Shown one piece after another: positions 18,158 to 27,917 of a DNA stretch of 34,830 nt. The stretch's first letter is position 1. Each line of letters begins with the position of its first letter. Below the pieces are notes generated by a model. It saw only the letters and a program-made list of their open reading frames with translations, was not told the DNA's origin and made no database searches. Made by a program: the position numbers and the translations under genes. Origin of the DNA: Oligoflexia bacterium (GTDB lineage: Bacteria > Bdellovibrionota > UBA1018); assembly GCA_043732485.1 (NCBI GenBank), contig JAYTHP010000096.1, positions 1-34,830 on the forward strand, written 5' to 3'.

Positions 18158-19041
18158 TTATTGCACCGGAAAGTCACAGTACTGGTCAGGAAAGGGCTCT
18201 TTTTTTAAATTATAATGCTACCACACTTTAGAAAAGTTCACGAATCCCTGTTTTTCCATGAGGGATTTGAGCAGTAGGCGATTCGCTCTTGGCTAGATGG
18301 CGAGCGCAGGATGGGCGGTATGCGAGCGCGGATCAAAGCAATCAAAGCCGGTGCCACAGTCCAGCGAATTGTCGGCAAAGCGCTCAGAGAGGTCGCGGTT
18401 GCAGGGTCGCAGGCGATCACCGCTTTGGAACGGTGCTTGGGAGGGGGTCGAAACCGGGACCATGGTTCAATCCGCGGTGCTGCCGCGACTGTTTCCGGAC
18501 CGTTCACTCATGTAACCCTCTTGAAATAGCTGGCTTTTCTCGAGGCTGGGGTAAAATTTGTCCCTTATCTTGCGGTCGTTTAAATCTTTGGCCCAGGTGA
18601 CAAACCGGTCAACCGCGCGTTACGGATGATAGCAATCATCAACCTTCAACGAGAGCTGATACGGCAGCAAGTCTTCTTGCACTCTGGCTTAAGCTTTAGC
18701 GGCCTCTCGCGTCAGCAGGCACTGGGCCGCAAGGTATCCGGGCATCGGCTGATCGATAAAGTTGTGGTCGCTCAAATAGCGCAGATCCTGCTGAGTCGAA
18801 GGCACTGCCTGGCTAAGCAGCAACCACTGCGGGTCGTCCTCCCCGGCATGTTGTGCGCTAATGGTCTCTGGAAGAAAAGGGGGCTGCGAGCACAGCTGAG
18901 GAAAGCGGCGGCGCCAGCGAGGAGGGCTGATGAGGCGTTAACGAGTAAGGAGCGCAGGGGTGTTTGCCAGGTGCTGCGGGGTGGGGTTTGCTGAGAGGAG
19001 TGTTTTTTGTGGTTATGATTGATGAGTGGGATGAGTGCCAC
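18158..19041 (-). pseudogene. ddpX: D-alanyl-D-alanine dipeptidase pseudogene, copy 2 (more degraded)
   Basis: Fragments LRYLSDHNFI, LKVDDCYHP*RAVDRFVTWAKD and NRLLLKSLMEKQGFVNFSKVW*HY...DFPVQ*. Lipobox-like LLAGAAAFLSC near the 5' end. 5' boundary approximate. Confidence 0.8.
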
Positions 19042-19095
19042 CTGGTGGGTCTTGGGTGAGGCTCAGGTGACTGAGGGGCGTGCAAAAGAGTGGAG

Positions 19096-20286
19096 TCATT
19101 TTTTGCGCCTTTGGTCACTGAGCTGCTGGGTTCTGCTCGAAGACTTGGGTCGAGGAAGAATGGACGGGGGCTCCGCTGTTAAATTCGTGGCTAAAGGGTG
19201 CCCCAGGTGTTCCCAAGGCAAAAGAGGAATGCCATCGGTGTTCCAGGGCTCGAGGATCGGCGCAAAAAGTGGTATCTCAGCTTCAGGATTTTTCCGAGCA
19301 AACGCCGTGAGTAGTGCCAAGTCAGTTTTCTTAATCCGCTCTTGGTCAAAGAGCTGATAAGCTTTTAAGGGTCCATCAATCGGATGCTCAACGAGATGGA
19401 TGAAGTTCTTTCTCAGCGAGCGATAGTAGTAAAAAAGGGGACGCTTCTGCCTGGAGCAGCTATAAGCCGCCAAGCGTTCATTGAGTAAGCAAATATGAAG
19501 CCGACGCTCCAGGCTTGCACCCAGGTGACCTGCCAGGCCGCAATCAAGCGGTAGGTAAATCTTTTTCCCTTTGCCAGACGGATGGGGCGGCAGCACGTTG
19601 AGAACAAACAGTTCGCTGAAGACCGGGAGGTGGCGTTGGACTTTTTTTGTGGATTCCCGGGTCGCGCGGCACAAGGCCGCTAAGCTTGGTTCGGGCAGGA
19701 GGCAACCCTGCCGGAGCAGGGAGTCAGCAAGTGAGGTGTCGCACTCGGTGCGTCTAAATTGATGTAAATCGCGGTCGCAGGCTAGGCAAGGCCAGGCATA
19801 CCACCGCGCTCCATGTACTGGAGTAACTGGCTTCGCATGGGTAAACCGGGTTAATTAAGCTTTTGTGTCTCTTGAAACGTCATGGGATGCAGCCTGAGTT
19901 TGGTCATTCTCCCGGTTAAAGACTCTCGAATATTTTGTAGCAGAGAAAACTCGGTGGATCCAAGGAGCAAAAACTTCCCTGGTCGTCTGTGCGCATCCAC
20001 CTCGAGTTTGATAGTAGCAAAAAGGGCTGGTGCCTTTTGGGCTTCATCGATGATCGTGAGAAGGTTTTCGGCGCCTATTAAAAAATATTGTGGGTTGGCT
20101 TGAGCGAGTTTTTTTTTAGTGAGTTGTCTAAGCTTATATAGCGATAAGGAGGTATTTTTTTGGAATTTAATCGCGGGCAAGATAGCTTTTCCCTGTTTGC
20201 CGTACTCATTGAAGGGCAACTGCGGGGTTAAATTTTAGCCTCTTGAGGAGTAGATTCAGAATTAAGCATTTACGAGGAGAGGGCAT
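19096..20286 (-). pseudogene. AAA_14/DUF4143-type ATPase pseudogene
   Basis: Walker A reads ALQ*VRQTGKS (Gly replaced by TGA); Walker B IIDEAQK; LLLGS, ESLTGR, GGMP and KKIYLPLDCGL motifs are spread over several broken frames. Confidence 0.8.
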
Positions 20287-20767
20287 AATCAAGAGTGTAT
20301 CATCCCCTTTTCTTTTCCTAAGTAAAAAATCAAGGGGGGGGGGTAGTGCCTCTTGCGCGGGAAGGCTGGCCTGCTGTCCTAGGGGCGACAAAGACGGCTG
20401 GGTTCGTTCATCTCGTTGCCTTCTCTCTTGCCTGCTCACCTTCTTCTGCTTTAGATGACCCAAATTGCTGGGGTTAAACGCTTAAGCAAAGAGAGAGAGC
20501 GAGGGGTGAGGCCCGGCGGGGGAGGGGTTTTTGGTTCCTGGAAGGGCTGGGGAGAGTGCCTGGCCAAACTAAAGCCTACTTTAGGTTGGCCATCACCAAG
20601 GTACATTAGACTTGAGAGAGACTTGAGAGGAGTCAAATGCCAATACTTGTCGGCGATCATCACAAAGCGCTGAAATCGAAGCGTTTTTCCGGATCTCCCA
20701 GGAGGAAGCAAGCGCGTGAAAGCAAAGTGATCGTCTGCGGCTACGGGCTGTCTCTGGTTGGCCAGAC

Positions 20768-21049
20768 CGAGGCTTCAAAAAATCTCGAGTGATGGCGCTG
20801 GCTCACCATTGATGGCTCAGGGAGCATCAAAATATCCTCATCACCGGACCTGCAGGAGCGGGAAAAAGCTATTTAGGTCAGGCTCTTGACAATGACGCCG
20901 CTTTACACCTCTTTGGGGGTGGGATTATTGCAGAAACCATTCTCGATCGGATCCTGCCGCATGCTCACCGCTTCGAGTTAACCAGCAAAGAGTCGCTCCG
21001 AAAAGATGACAAAATAAGGACCGAAAACTTGACTCCATCCAGCCACTAG
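20768..21049 (+). mobile_element. istB: IS21-family IstB helper ATPase remnant
   Basis: RGFKKSRVMALAHH*WLREHQNILITGPAGAGKSYLGQAL is joined directly to IAETILDRILPHAHRFELTSKESLRK. One internal stop; the Walker B region is deleted. Confidence 0.8.
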
Positions 21050-22468
21050 GGCAACTTATCTAGGACTTTTTTTGATGAGGGCAAGAAGTGTCCGCGTTGA
21101 CTCCGAAAGGGTGTTCGCGTTGAGCAAAAACGCGCAGAGAGTAAAGTTTTTTTGATTCAAGAGGTCTTAGCAAAAAAAATAAAGAGGATAAGCGAGTAAA
21201 AAAAAATTTATAGACAAAGGTTTGGGATTTTCTGTGGAATTGCTCAACGTGCCTATGATAAAAGTCAGAGGGACATGGACTCCTGAAATAAATTATCACC
21301 CAATGCACAAGGCTGTATGAATTGCCTTGTCTCATAAAAAGGCACGTTTTACAGGAAATGAGATTTAGGTTCATACGTTTGCATTTTGAATTAACGCTGA
21401 AAGCTTTTGCTGAAGTTTTTGCCGCTATTCATGTTGCCGTTTTGAAAGGGGAGAAGACAAGCGATAAATTTACCGCTATTCATTGGTCAACCGAAAAAAA
21501 TATGCGAATATTTATTATAAGCAATTTAAATCCTAATCCCAAAAATTTTATCAAGCATTATAAGGAGTTATCTAAAGTTACTCTCCAAAGGCTTACTCCT
21601 ACTTCGTTTGGATTTGGCCGATATCGCAGCTTAGGAATGGGGGGAGTCGTTGCCTATTACGCCAAGATGGGCCGAGAGAAATGGGGTGTACCGCGCTATA
21701 AACCTTTTTAATCTGCAGCCGTCCATTCCCAAGCCCCCTCTTGTTTGGTGAGAGGGTCTATCTTCCCTCGCCCCATACGAAATGTGCCAAGGTCTGGAAG
21801 CGGCGTGATCGCAGGGGGCTATTAAGGGCGGTTGAGGCCGGACCATGGCGCCGAGGATAGGGTGACCTAGAGGCCCACTTTTAGCCACCAGGGCATGAGT
21901 TCCTCCGACCGGTCAGCAACGAAGCGTAGATCAGGCCAATAAAAAAAATGGGTCCTTTTTTTGGCGGTCAGGTTGGAGAGGAACGCTTTTTTTAGGTTTT
22001 TCCGACTCTCATTTCTCTCCTGTAAGGTGAAAACTGCGGCATTGGCATTCCATGGTCGGCTAGGACCACCGAAGAGGCTCTTGGGGGCAAGGGTTTGATT
22101 CCAGTTTCCGGAAGGCGCGGGGGTGGTCACGCAGAGTGCCAAGCCCTGCTCATGTGCCGATCGGCAAGGTGAGCGGCTGTACTTTCCAGGGGTAATTCCC
22201 TAATAGTAGACAGGATTTGTCGTCTAATTATCCTGACAAGACGGGGATGGGTGAGAACGCTTTGAGGCCAGCGAAGAGGTCAGCTAAGAAGCCAGCAATA
22301 CGACTTGAGTGAGGCCGTAATGGGGCTTTTTGGGGTTTCCCCCGGGGTTTCAGGGTGCTTCGGTCAACTTGCCGAAAAAAGGTGTGTGGTTATGTCCGCT
22401 CAGGCTGGTGAATGATTTTTTGAGATTTTCTTTTGACTAATCATTCTGATTTCAGTAGTACCTGGGAA

Positions 22469-23527
22469 ATGAAAAAATCTAGAAATAAGATGGCTTTGGC
22501 TCTGAGCGTCCTTGGCTACGAACTACTCGGCGGAATAACCAGTGGGCTCATGGGTCAGGCGGCTTGGGGGATGCGGCCCTTTCTTGAAACCCCTGTTCCC
22601 GCTTTTATTGAAGTCGATTCCGAAAGCAGCAGCTGTGGGATGGGGAGTGGTAAGGGCGCGGGAGATGACAGCGACGGATCACAAACGGCCTACTCGCAAG
22701 GGGAGAAGGTTCGTGGCGGTGCTGCTACCCGAGCTCCGAGGCGGCGCGGTAAAGGGGGATGGTCTTCGATCGAGCGTGCTAGCTTGCCATTTTGCGTCGT
22801 CGGGATGACTCAAGAGGAGGAGGGGGGCGGCAGCGAGGATGCGGAGCCGGGCAGCAGGGAGGAGCTGTTGCGTCAATGGTGCACAGAGTCGGTGGCTCCG
22901 GTGTTGGAAGAGTTTCCGGAGGATTCCATTTGGGCGGAAATGCCGGACGAGGTTTTAGTGGCTTGCGCGCGGCGGTGTTTTGGAGAGAGGGTGCGTCTGC
23001 TGGGGGGTGGAGTGCGGCGCCTGCCATCGCCAGCAATTCCCCGACTTGAGGAAGTGCTGCAAGAAGCTCGCTGGAGCAGGCAGGATGGGGGGAGGGGCCT
23101 CAGAAGGCGCCTGTCTGCGCCTCCGGTTTTGCAAGACTGCAGCCTAACGGCGGTGGGGGGTGCTGCTTCAACGATTAAAAAGTGCAAGGGTGGCGGTGGC
23201 GGCGCCAAAAAGAAGCGCAAAACGGCTGGCAAGGGACGCGGCCAGGTTCCGCAGTCTTATCGATGCTGTCGTCTGCACACTCCAGACACTCCCGCGCCGT
23301 CTCCGGTTGCGCCTGCTCTGCTTCCTGCTTCTTCGTCTCCCTTATCGTCGTTTAAAGACGGGGGATTCTCGGCAGCAGGCGGTCGCGGTCGGGGTGGTAG
23401 CCGCGCGGTGGAAGGTGACGACCCGTTACTCACGAATGAAACGCTCAAAGAGGGCTTTGATGAGGAGCGTGATGAGGCGCTTGATCTTGAATGCGAGCGA
23501 GCTGGCTTTGATGGCAACTACTTTTGA
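22469..23527 (+). CDS. Hypothetical low-complexity protein with signal-like N-terminus and NLS-like motif
   Basis: 352-aa ORF. Basic N-term, hydrophobic stretch, then AAWG|M; G/S/E/R-rich; contains AKKKRKT. No family recognised. Confidence 0.55.
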   Translation: MKKSRNKMALALSVLGYELLGGITSGLMGQAAWGMRPFLETPVPAFIEVDSESSSCGMGSGKGAGDDSDGSQTAYSQGEKVRGGAATRAPRRRGKGGWSSIERASLPFCVVGMTQEEEGGGSEDAEPGSREELLRQWCTESVAPVLEEFPEDSIWAEMPDEVLVACARRCFGERVRLLGGGVRRLPSPAIPRLEEVLQEARWSRQDGGRGLRRRLSAPPVLQDCSLTAVGGAASTIKKCKGGGGGAKKKRKTAGKGRGQVPQSYRCCRLHTPDTPAPSPVAPALLPASSSPLSSFKDGGFSAAGGRGRGGSRAVEGDDPLLTNETLKEGFDEERDEALDLECERAGFDGNYF

Positions 23528-23633
23528 GGCAGTGCCATCCACGGGTCTGCCCCACGACGGTGAGAGGAGCGGGCGACTTCGGTGGCGGCGGCTGCGGCAA
23601 GGGGGTGGTGATGTGGACCGTGGGGCGTTTAGC

Positions 23634-24899
23634 TTAGCCGCCGCCGGGGGGCAGCAGCCTGAGGAAGTGGTTCTTGCCTTTTTGTAAAATGACCGGCTGG
23701 TACAGAACCACGGGGTGCAAGGGATCGCTTTGCACCTCGCCGTTGAGCTTAATGCCTTTGCCTTGAATCAAGCGCTTGGCCTCTCCTTTGGAGGTTCCAA
23801 AACCTGCCAGCACACACAAATCAACGAGTAAACACGTTCCGTCGGCTTGCAGCTCTTCGGCAAGCAAAGTACGCTCAGTTAGGGTGTCAGGGATTTGCTT
23901 GCGGGCCACCTGATCATAGCGATTCTGGGCTTCTGGTACCGCCTCAGCCCCGTGATAGAGCCGCACTAACTCACAAGCAAGCCTGCGATGCGCCTGGTGA
24001 ATGTCTTGGTCGATGGCTGCTTGGGCGGCCTGCAGATCCAGGTCGGTGCAGAGCTCAACGTAAGTCAGCAACTGCTCGTCGCGCACTTGCATCGCTTTTT
24101 TGAACATCACTTCTGGGGCTTCGGTGAGACCAATGAAATTATCCAATGATTTTGACATCTTCTCGCTGCCATCGAGTCCGACTAACAGTGAAACGGTCAT
24201 GACCACTTGCGGCTCAAGCTGATAGGCGCTCATGATGTCACGGCCCACCAGTAGGTTAAACAGCTGGTCGGTGCCCCCGAGTTCCACGTCGGCTCGGATG
24301 GCCACTGAGTCGTAGGCTTGAGCGAGCGGATACAAAAACTCGTGCAAGCCAATGGGTACCTGCTGGTGATAGCGGTCGGCAAAGTCATTGCGCTCGAGCA
24401 TGCGTGCCACCGTGGTTTGCGAGGCCAGGGTAATCAGTTCCCCGAAATTCAGCTTGCCTAACCAGGTGGAGTTTCGCACCCATTCTAGTTTGGCGGGGTC
24501 AGGATCCAGGACTTTTAACATCTGGGCCTGATAGGAGGCAGCGTTTTTCTGGGTTTGCGCCAGGCTTAACACCGGCCTGGTTTTGGACTTACCGGTGGGA
24601 TCGCCAATGGTGGCGGTAAAATCGCCGATCACGAGAATGACCTTGTGTCCTAAGTCTTGGAATTGCCTAAGCTTTTTCAAGACTACGGCATGCCCGAGGT
24701 GCAAGGTGGGGCTGGAGGGGTCGATCCCAAACTTAATGCGTAAGGGTGACGCGCCGTTTGCGGCTGCCGATTGCGTCAGCTTCTTGGCCAGCAGTTCCTC
24801 GCTTAAGAGGTGGGTCACGCCGCGTTTGAGGGAGGGCAGGCGCAAGGGGTCTGTTGAAGCTGGTGGGTGGGTGGGAGGCGTAGTAGGAGTTTCAACCAT
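23634..24899 (-). CDS. tyrS: Tyrosine--tRNA ligase
   Basis: GIDPS..LHLGH (HIGH), QAYDS, ELGGTDQLFN, KMSKS and a C-terminal S4 domain. Confidence 0.97.
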   Translation of the reverse strand: MVETPTTPPTHPPASTDPLRLPSLKRGVTHLLSEELLAKKLTQSAAANGASPLRIKFGIDPSSPTLHLGHAVVLKKLRQFQDLGHKVILVIGDFTATIGDPTGKSKTRPVLSLAQTQKNAASYQAQMLKVLDPDPAKLEWVRNSTWLGKLNFGELITLASQTTVARMLERNDFADRYHQQVPIGLHEFLYPLAQAYDSVAIRADVELGGTDQLFNLLVGRDIMSAYQLEPQVVMTVSLLVGLDGSEKMSKSLDNFIGLTEAPEVMFKKAMQVRDEQLLTYVELCTDLDLQAAQAAIDQDIHQAHRRLACELVRLYHGAEAVPEAQNRYDQVARKQIPDTLTERTLLAEELQADGTCLLVDLCVLAGFGTSKGEAKRLIQGKGIKLNGEVQSDPLHPVVLYQPVILQKGKNHFLRLLPPGGG

Positions 24900-25039
24900 C
24901 AGATTTTATTAACATAGGGAGAAGGGCTTTGACTAGGGGAAGTGCTTTGACCGGGGGGCATGGACTGGTTCTTTTGACGCTATACGGTGTTGGCTTTGGG
25001 GAGGAAGGGGGGGTGCGAGTCACTCTCACTGACTTTCAC

Positions 25040-25558
25040 TTACCACCGGTGAAAGGCCGGGTGTCCCGGTTGCACTTCCACGAACAGCCCCGAGCAGGTG
25101 GCACAAAGCTGATCGCCCGCACGCAGCTCGGCGACAACGTGCGCACGCGAGGGCGAAGCGGTCACCTCCGGATTGACTCGGGCTGAGAGGTGCAAGGCTT
25201 GGTTAGGGTCACTGGGTGTCGGTCTTAAGAGCCGGATTTCATACTTGGCGGTGACCGTGCAAGGTGGGGTGGGTCTTTGGGCTTTGAGGCTCCAGGCTGC
25301 CATCCAGTTGGAGTGACAATCGAGTAAAGCGCCAATAATCCCGCCGTTGAGTACGCCTGGGAAGGCTTGATGCCAGGCCTGGGCGTGCCAGGTTGCGACC
25401 AAGTGCTCGCCTTGCACGAAGCTTTTGATGTGCAATCCCCGCTCGTTGCAAGGGCCACAGCCAAAACATTGACTCAAGGGTGCGAATTGATCCTGTAAGG
25501 AGATCAGCGGGTAAAACGGAGGGGTGGCAAGGGTGGTGGTGGGTGTCGTCGTCGTCAT
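25040..25558 (-). CDS. PaaI-family hot-dog-fold thioesterase
   Basis: CFGCGPCNERGL, HQAFPGVLNGGIIGALLDCHSNW, TVTAKYEIRLLRPTP. Confidence 0.88.
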   Translation of the reverse strand: MTTTTPTTTLATPPFYPLISLQDQFAPLSQCFGCGPCNERGLHIKSFVQGEHLVATWHAQAWHQAFPGVLNGGIIGALLDCHSNWMAAWSLKAQRPTPPCTVTAKYEIRLLRPTPSDPNQALHLSARVNPEVTASPSRAHVVAELRAGDQLCATCSGLFVEVQPGHPAFHRW

Positions 25559-25716
25559 AGGTATCGCTCATTTCTGGGTCTTTTGAGGGTCGGGGCCAGT
25601 GAGTTGAAGGGGGGTGAGGGCTTTGTGGTGTTTGTGTTTGGCGGTGGAGGTCAACGAGCCGGCCTGCTGAGGCTCCCGAGTGACGCTAACCGCCTGAAAG
25701 CCTTCGCGGAAGTTTC

Positions 25717-25757
25717 TAGCTTAGCCTCATTAGCTTAGCTTCATTAGCTTAGCTTCA
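25717..25757. repeat. 14-bp tandem repeat, about 3 copies (TAGCTTAGCYTCAT)
   Basis: TAGCTTAGCCTCAT-TAGCTTAGCTTCAT-TAGCTTAGCTTCA read directly. Confidence 0.9.
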
Positions 25758-26101
25758 GAGGAAGGGGGTGCTCAAGAGGATTTTTGGGTTTTTTTGTCCC
25801 GCTCCAGTCTCTACCGTCGGTCGCTATCGCCGCAAGCCAAGTCAGGCCAAGCGTGGCGTGGCGTCAGTGGGGACGCGTGTGTCATGCGCGGGCTTTTGAG
25901 GGTGCTTGCGTGGGTCACCAACACCGAGAACATTGAGGTTTTTTGAAGCACGCGAGCCTTAAGCAGCTGTCGAGAATTTCGACGCTGCAAGTAGGCGCGG
26001 TGGGGCGGGGGCGGGAGTTTGGACGAGGGCTCAAACGGGGAGTGTCAAGGTAGGGTGAAGGTCAGATCAGTGAATCATTTCAAAGGTTTAAGTGGGTTGG
26101 C

Positions 26102-27232
26102 TTGGCGTGGGGGGCGGGGTCTGGCTTACCCCTTGCATTAAATCACTCCCAGAAGGAATGGAAGATTTATATGGGCACTCACACAAGATTACTCAAACAG
26201 GGGAGGAGCAGGTCGCAGGCGGTGGCTGTCGCGGGAGTGCAGATGCTCCTAGCGCAGATGACTTTCCTGGCGGCAGGGGCAGTCGGCGGTGGTTTGAGTG
26301 GTGCGGCTCCAGGGATGCGCCCGAGCGCCTTAGGCCTAGTGGCTTCCCGCGGGCAAGCGAGCAATCATCCGGGGCGGCTGCTGAGTGAAAACGCAGGCTC
26401 TTTGTTGGCTTTAGAAGCGCTCGAGCGCAAGACCATGCTTTTAGCGGCGGAAGCGGAAGTGGAAGCGTTGCAGTTTCGTCAGCGCTTGACTCATGCCAAA
26501 GAACTGATGGGGAAGAGCTATGCCAAGAGTGTGGTGAAAAAAAGTGAAGGGGTTACGCAAGTGAATGAAATGATCCTCCAAGCCATCCAAGAAAGTTTAA
26601 GTACGCCTAATAAGCACTGGGCTGCAGAAATCGCCCAAGTGATCACCGAGCAAAGTTACAAGTATGCCTTTGATCCCATCTTTTTAATGGCGATGATTCG
26701 CAACGAAAGCGGGTTTAAACCGCAGATTAAAGGTCAATTTGGTGAAATTGGCTTGATGCAAATCCTGCCTGCCACCGGCCAGTGGGTTGCTGAGAAGTAT
26801 CACTTACCCTGGAAAGGCACCCAGTCGTTGTTTCGTCCTAAGACCAATATCGAGCTTGGGGCTGCTTATCTAGATTACTTACGCGAACAGCTCGGCAACC
26901 ACAGCAGGCTGTACTTGTCGGCTTTCAATATGGGGATTCCCAACTTAAAGAAGAATCTGAAGAAGAACCGCACCCCATTCAAGTATGTCAATAAGGTGCT
27001 AAGCCACTATGTCTCTTTTTACGCCCACTATGCGCAGTTCTTCCTAGGGAGCGCCGCTGTGAAAGGCCCCACCACCCCCGCTAAGCCTGCCCGGGTGAGA
27101 TCTCTGGTGCACACTCTGAGCGCGCAAAGTGGTTTATCGCAAGAGCCACCGGTTGAGGGATTGCAAGCCTTAAAGGCTCAAGGCGCTTTAATCGTGGGCA
27201 TTGCTGGTATGGCTGGTAACGCAGGGGGTTGA
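26102..27232 (+). CDS. Soluble lytic transglycosylase (SLT domain)
   Basis: AMIRNESGF (catalytic Glu), GEIGLMQI, NIELGAAYL, AFNMG. Start uncertain. Confidence 0.9.
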   Translation: MAWGAGSGLPLALNHSQKEWKIYMGTHTRLLKQGRSRSQAVAVAGVQMLLAQMTFLAAGAVGGGLSGAAPGMRPSALGLVASRGQASNHPGRLLSENAGSLLALEALERKTMLLAAEAEVEALQFRQRLTHAKELMGKSYAKSVVKKSEGVTQVNEMILQAIQESLSTPNKHWAAEIAQVITEQSYKYAFDPIFLMAMIRNESGFKPQIKGQFGEIGLMQILPATGQWVAEKYHLPWKGTQSLFRPKTNIELGAAYLDYLREQLGNHSRLYLSAFNMGIPNLKKNLKKNRTPFKYVNKVLSHYVSFYAHYAQFFLGSAAVKGPTTPAKPARVRSLVHTLSAQSGLSQEPPVEGLQALKAQGALIVGIAGMAGNAGG

Positions 27233-27372
27233 ACGGGAGGGATGAGCTTGGCTGCCTCGACTGCCTTGTGCACTTGCCAGTCACTCTGGATTCGCATCAC
27301 GAGACACACCACCAGACCAACGAGTAAGGAGTAAACAGCCACCGACAGTTTTTTTAACAAAGGTAATGACAT
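27178..27372 (-). CDS. Possible small single-TM protein
   Basis: 64 aa; ATG preceded by GAAAGAAGG; one hydrophobic helix and a Pro-rich tail. Overlaps the SLT 3' end by 55 bp. Confidence 0.3.
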   Translation of the reverse strand: MSLPLLKKLSVAVYSLLVGLVVCLVMRIQSDWQVHKAVEAAKLIPPVQPPALPAIPAMPTIKAP

Positions 27373-27593
27373 GATTGTGCCTTCTTTCTTCCCTTAAAGC
27401 GGCGTCTTTTGCAAGTGTAGGTGGTAGTTTTTTGTCGCTCCCCCCAAAAGAGCGCGACCTCGAGGGGGGGTGGGTTTGCGTGCGTCTGACGGGGGAGCTT
27501 TGGGGCATGCAAGTGCGGCGGCACGCAGCCCCGGACGAATTAATACGGTGGTGGCCCTGGCCAGGTGGCTTTTTTTCAGTTACTGTGGAGAGC

Positions 27594-27917
27594 ATGGATT
27601 TTCAGTTTCTTTCGGTGAACGAGTTGTATCAAAAATTTCTGACACTGCAAAAGCACCAACTCATCCTTGACGTGCGCTCGCCTGAAGAGTTTCAGGCGGG
27701 TCATATCCCCCACTCCCTCAACCTCAATTACGCGTCCATCCAGGAACACTACGAAGAGCTCAAGCCTTATCAGGAAATTTTCCTGATTTGTCGTTCAGGC
27801 AAGCGCGCGCTGATCGCGGCTGCGCAAATGCAGGCTGACGGCTTGACGCAGAAGCTTGGCGTGGTGCGCAATGAAGGTGTCGAAGATTGGGCACACAACC
27901 AGTATCCCGTTGCCTAA
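27594..27917 (+). CDS. Single-domain rhodanese (sulfurtransferase)
   Basis: ILDVRSPEEFQAGHIP and active-site CRSGKRA; GGAG RBS before ATG 27594. Confidence 0.9.
   Translation: MDFQFLSVNELYQKFLTLQKHQLILDVRSPEEFQAGHIPHSLNLNYASIQEHYEELKPYQEIFLICRSGKRALIAAAQMQADGLTQKLGVVRNEGVEDWAHNQYPVA

Noticed and set aside
20561..20760. Hairpin (TGGCCAAACTAAAG/CTTTAGGTTGGCCA) and short transposase-like peptide (..DRLRLRAVS) as a further IS end
   Set aside because: Too short and degraded to assign, and no partner inverted repeat was identified.
21631..21888. GHPILG motif suggesting an RluA-family pseudouridine synthase fragment
   Set aside because: An isolated hexapeptide; none of the other family motifs (HRLD, GRTHQIR) is present.
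22350..22378. Sigma-28 promoter (GCCGAAAA) upstream of the NLS-bearing ORF
   Set aside because: The -10-like element is present, but there is no TAAA-like -35 at the expected spacing.
25717..25757. Possible CRISPR array
   Set aside because: Repeats are 14 bp, adjacent and without spacers; no cas genes in the window.
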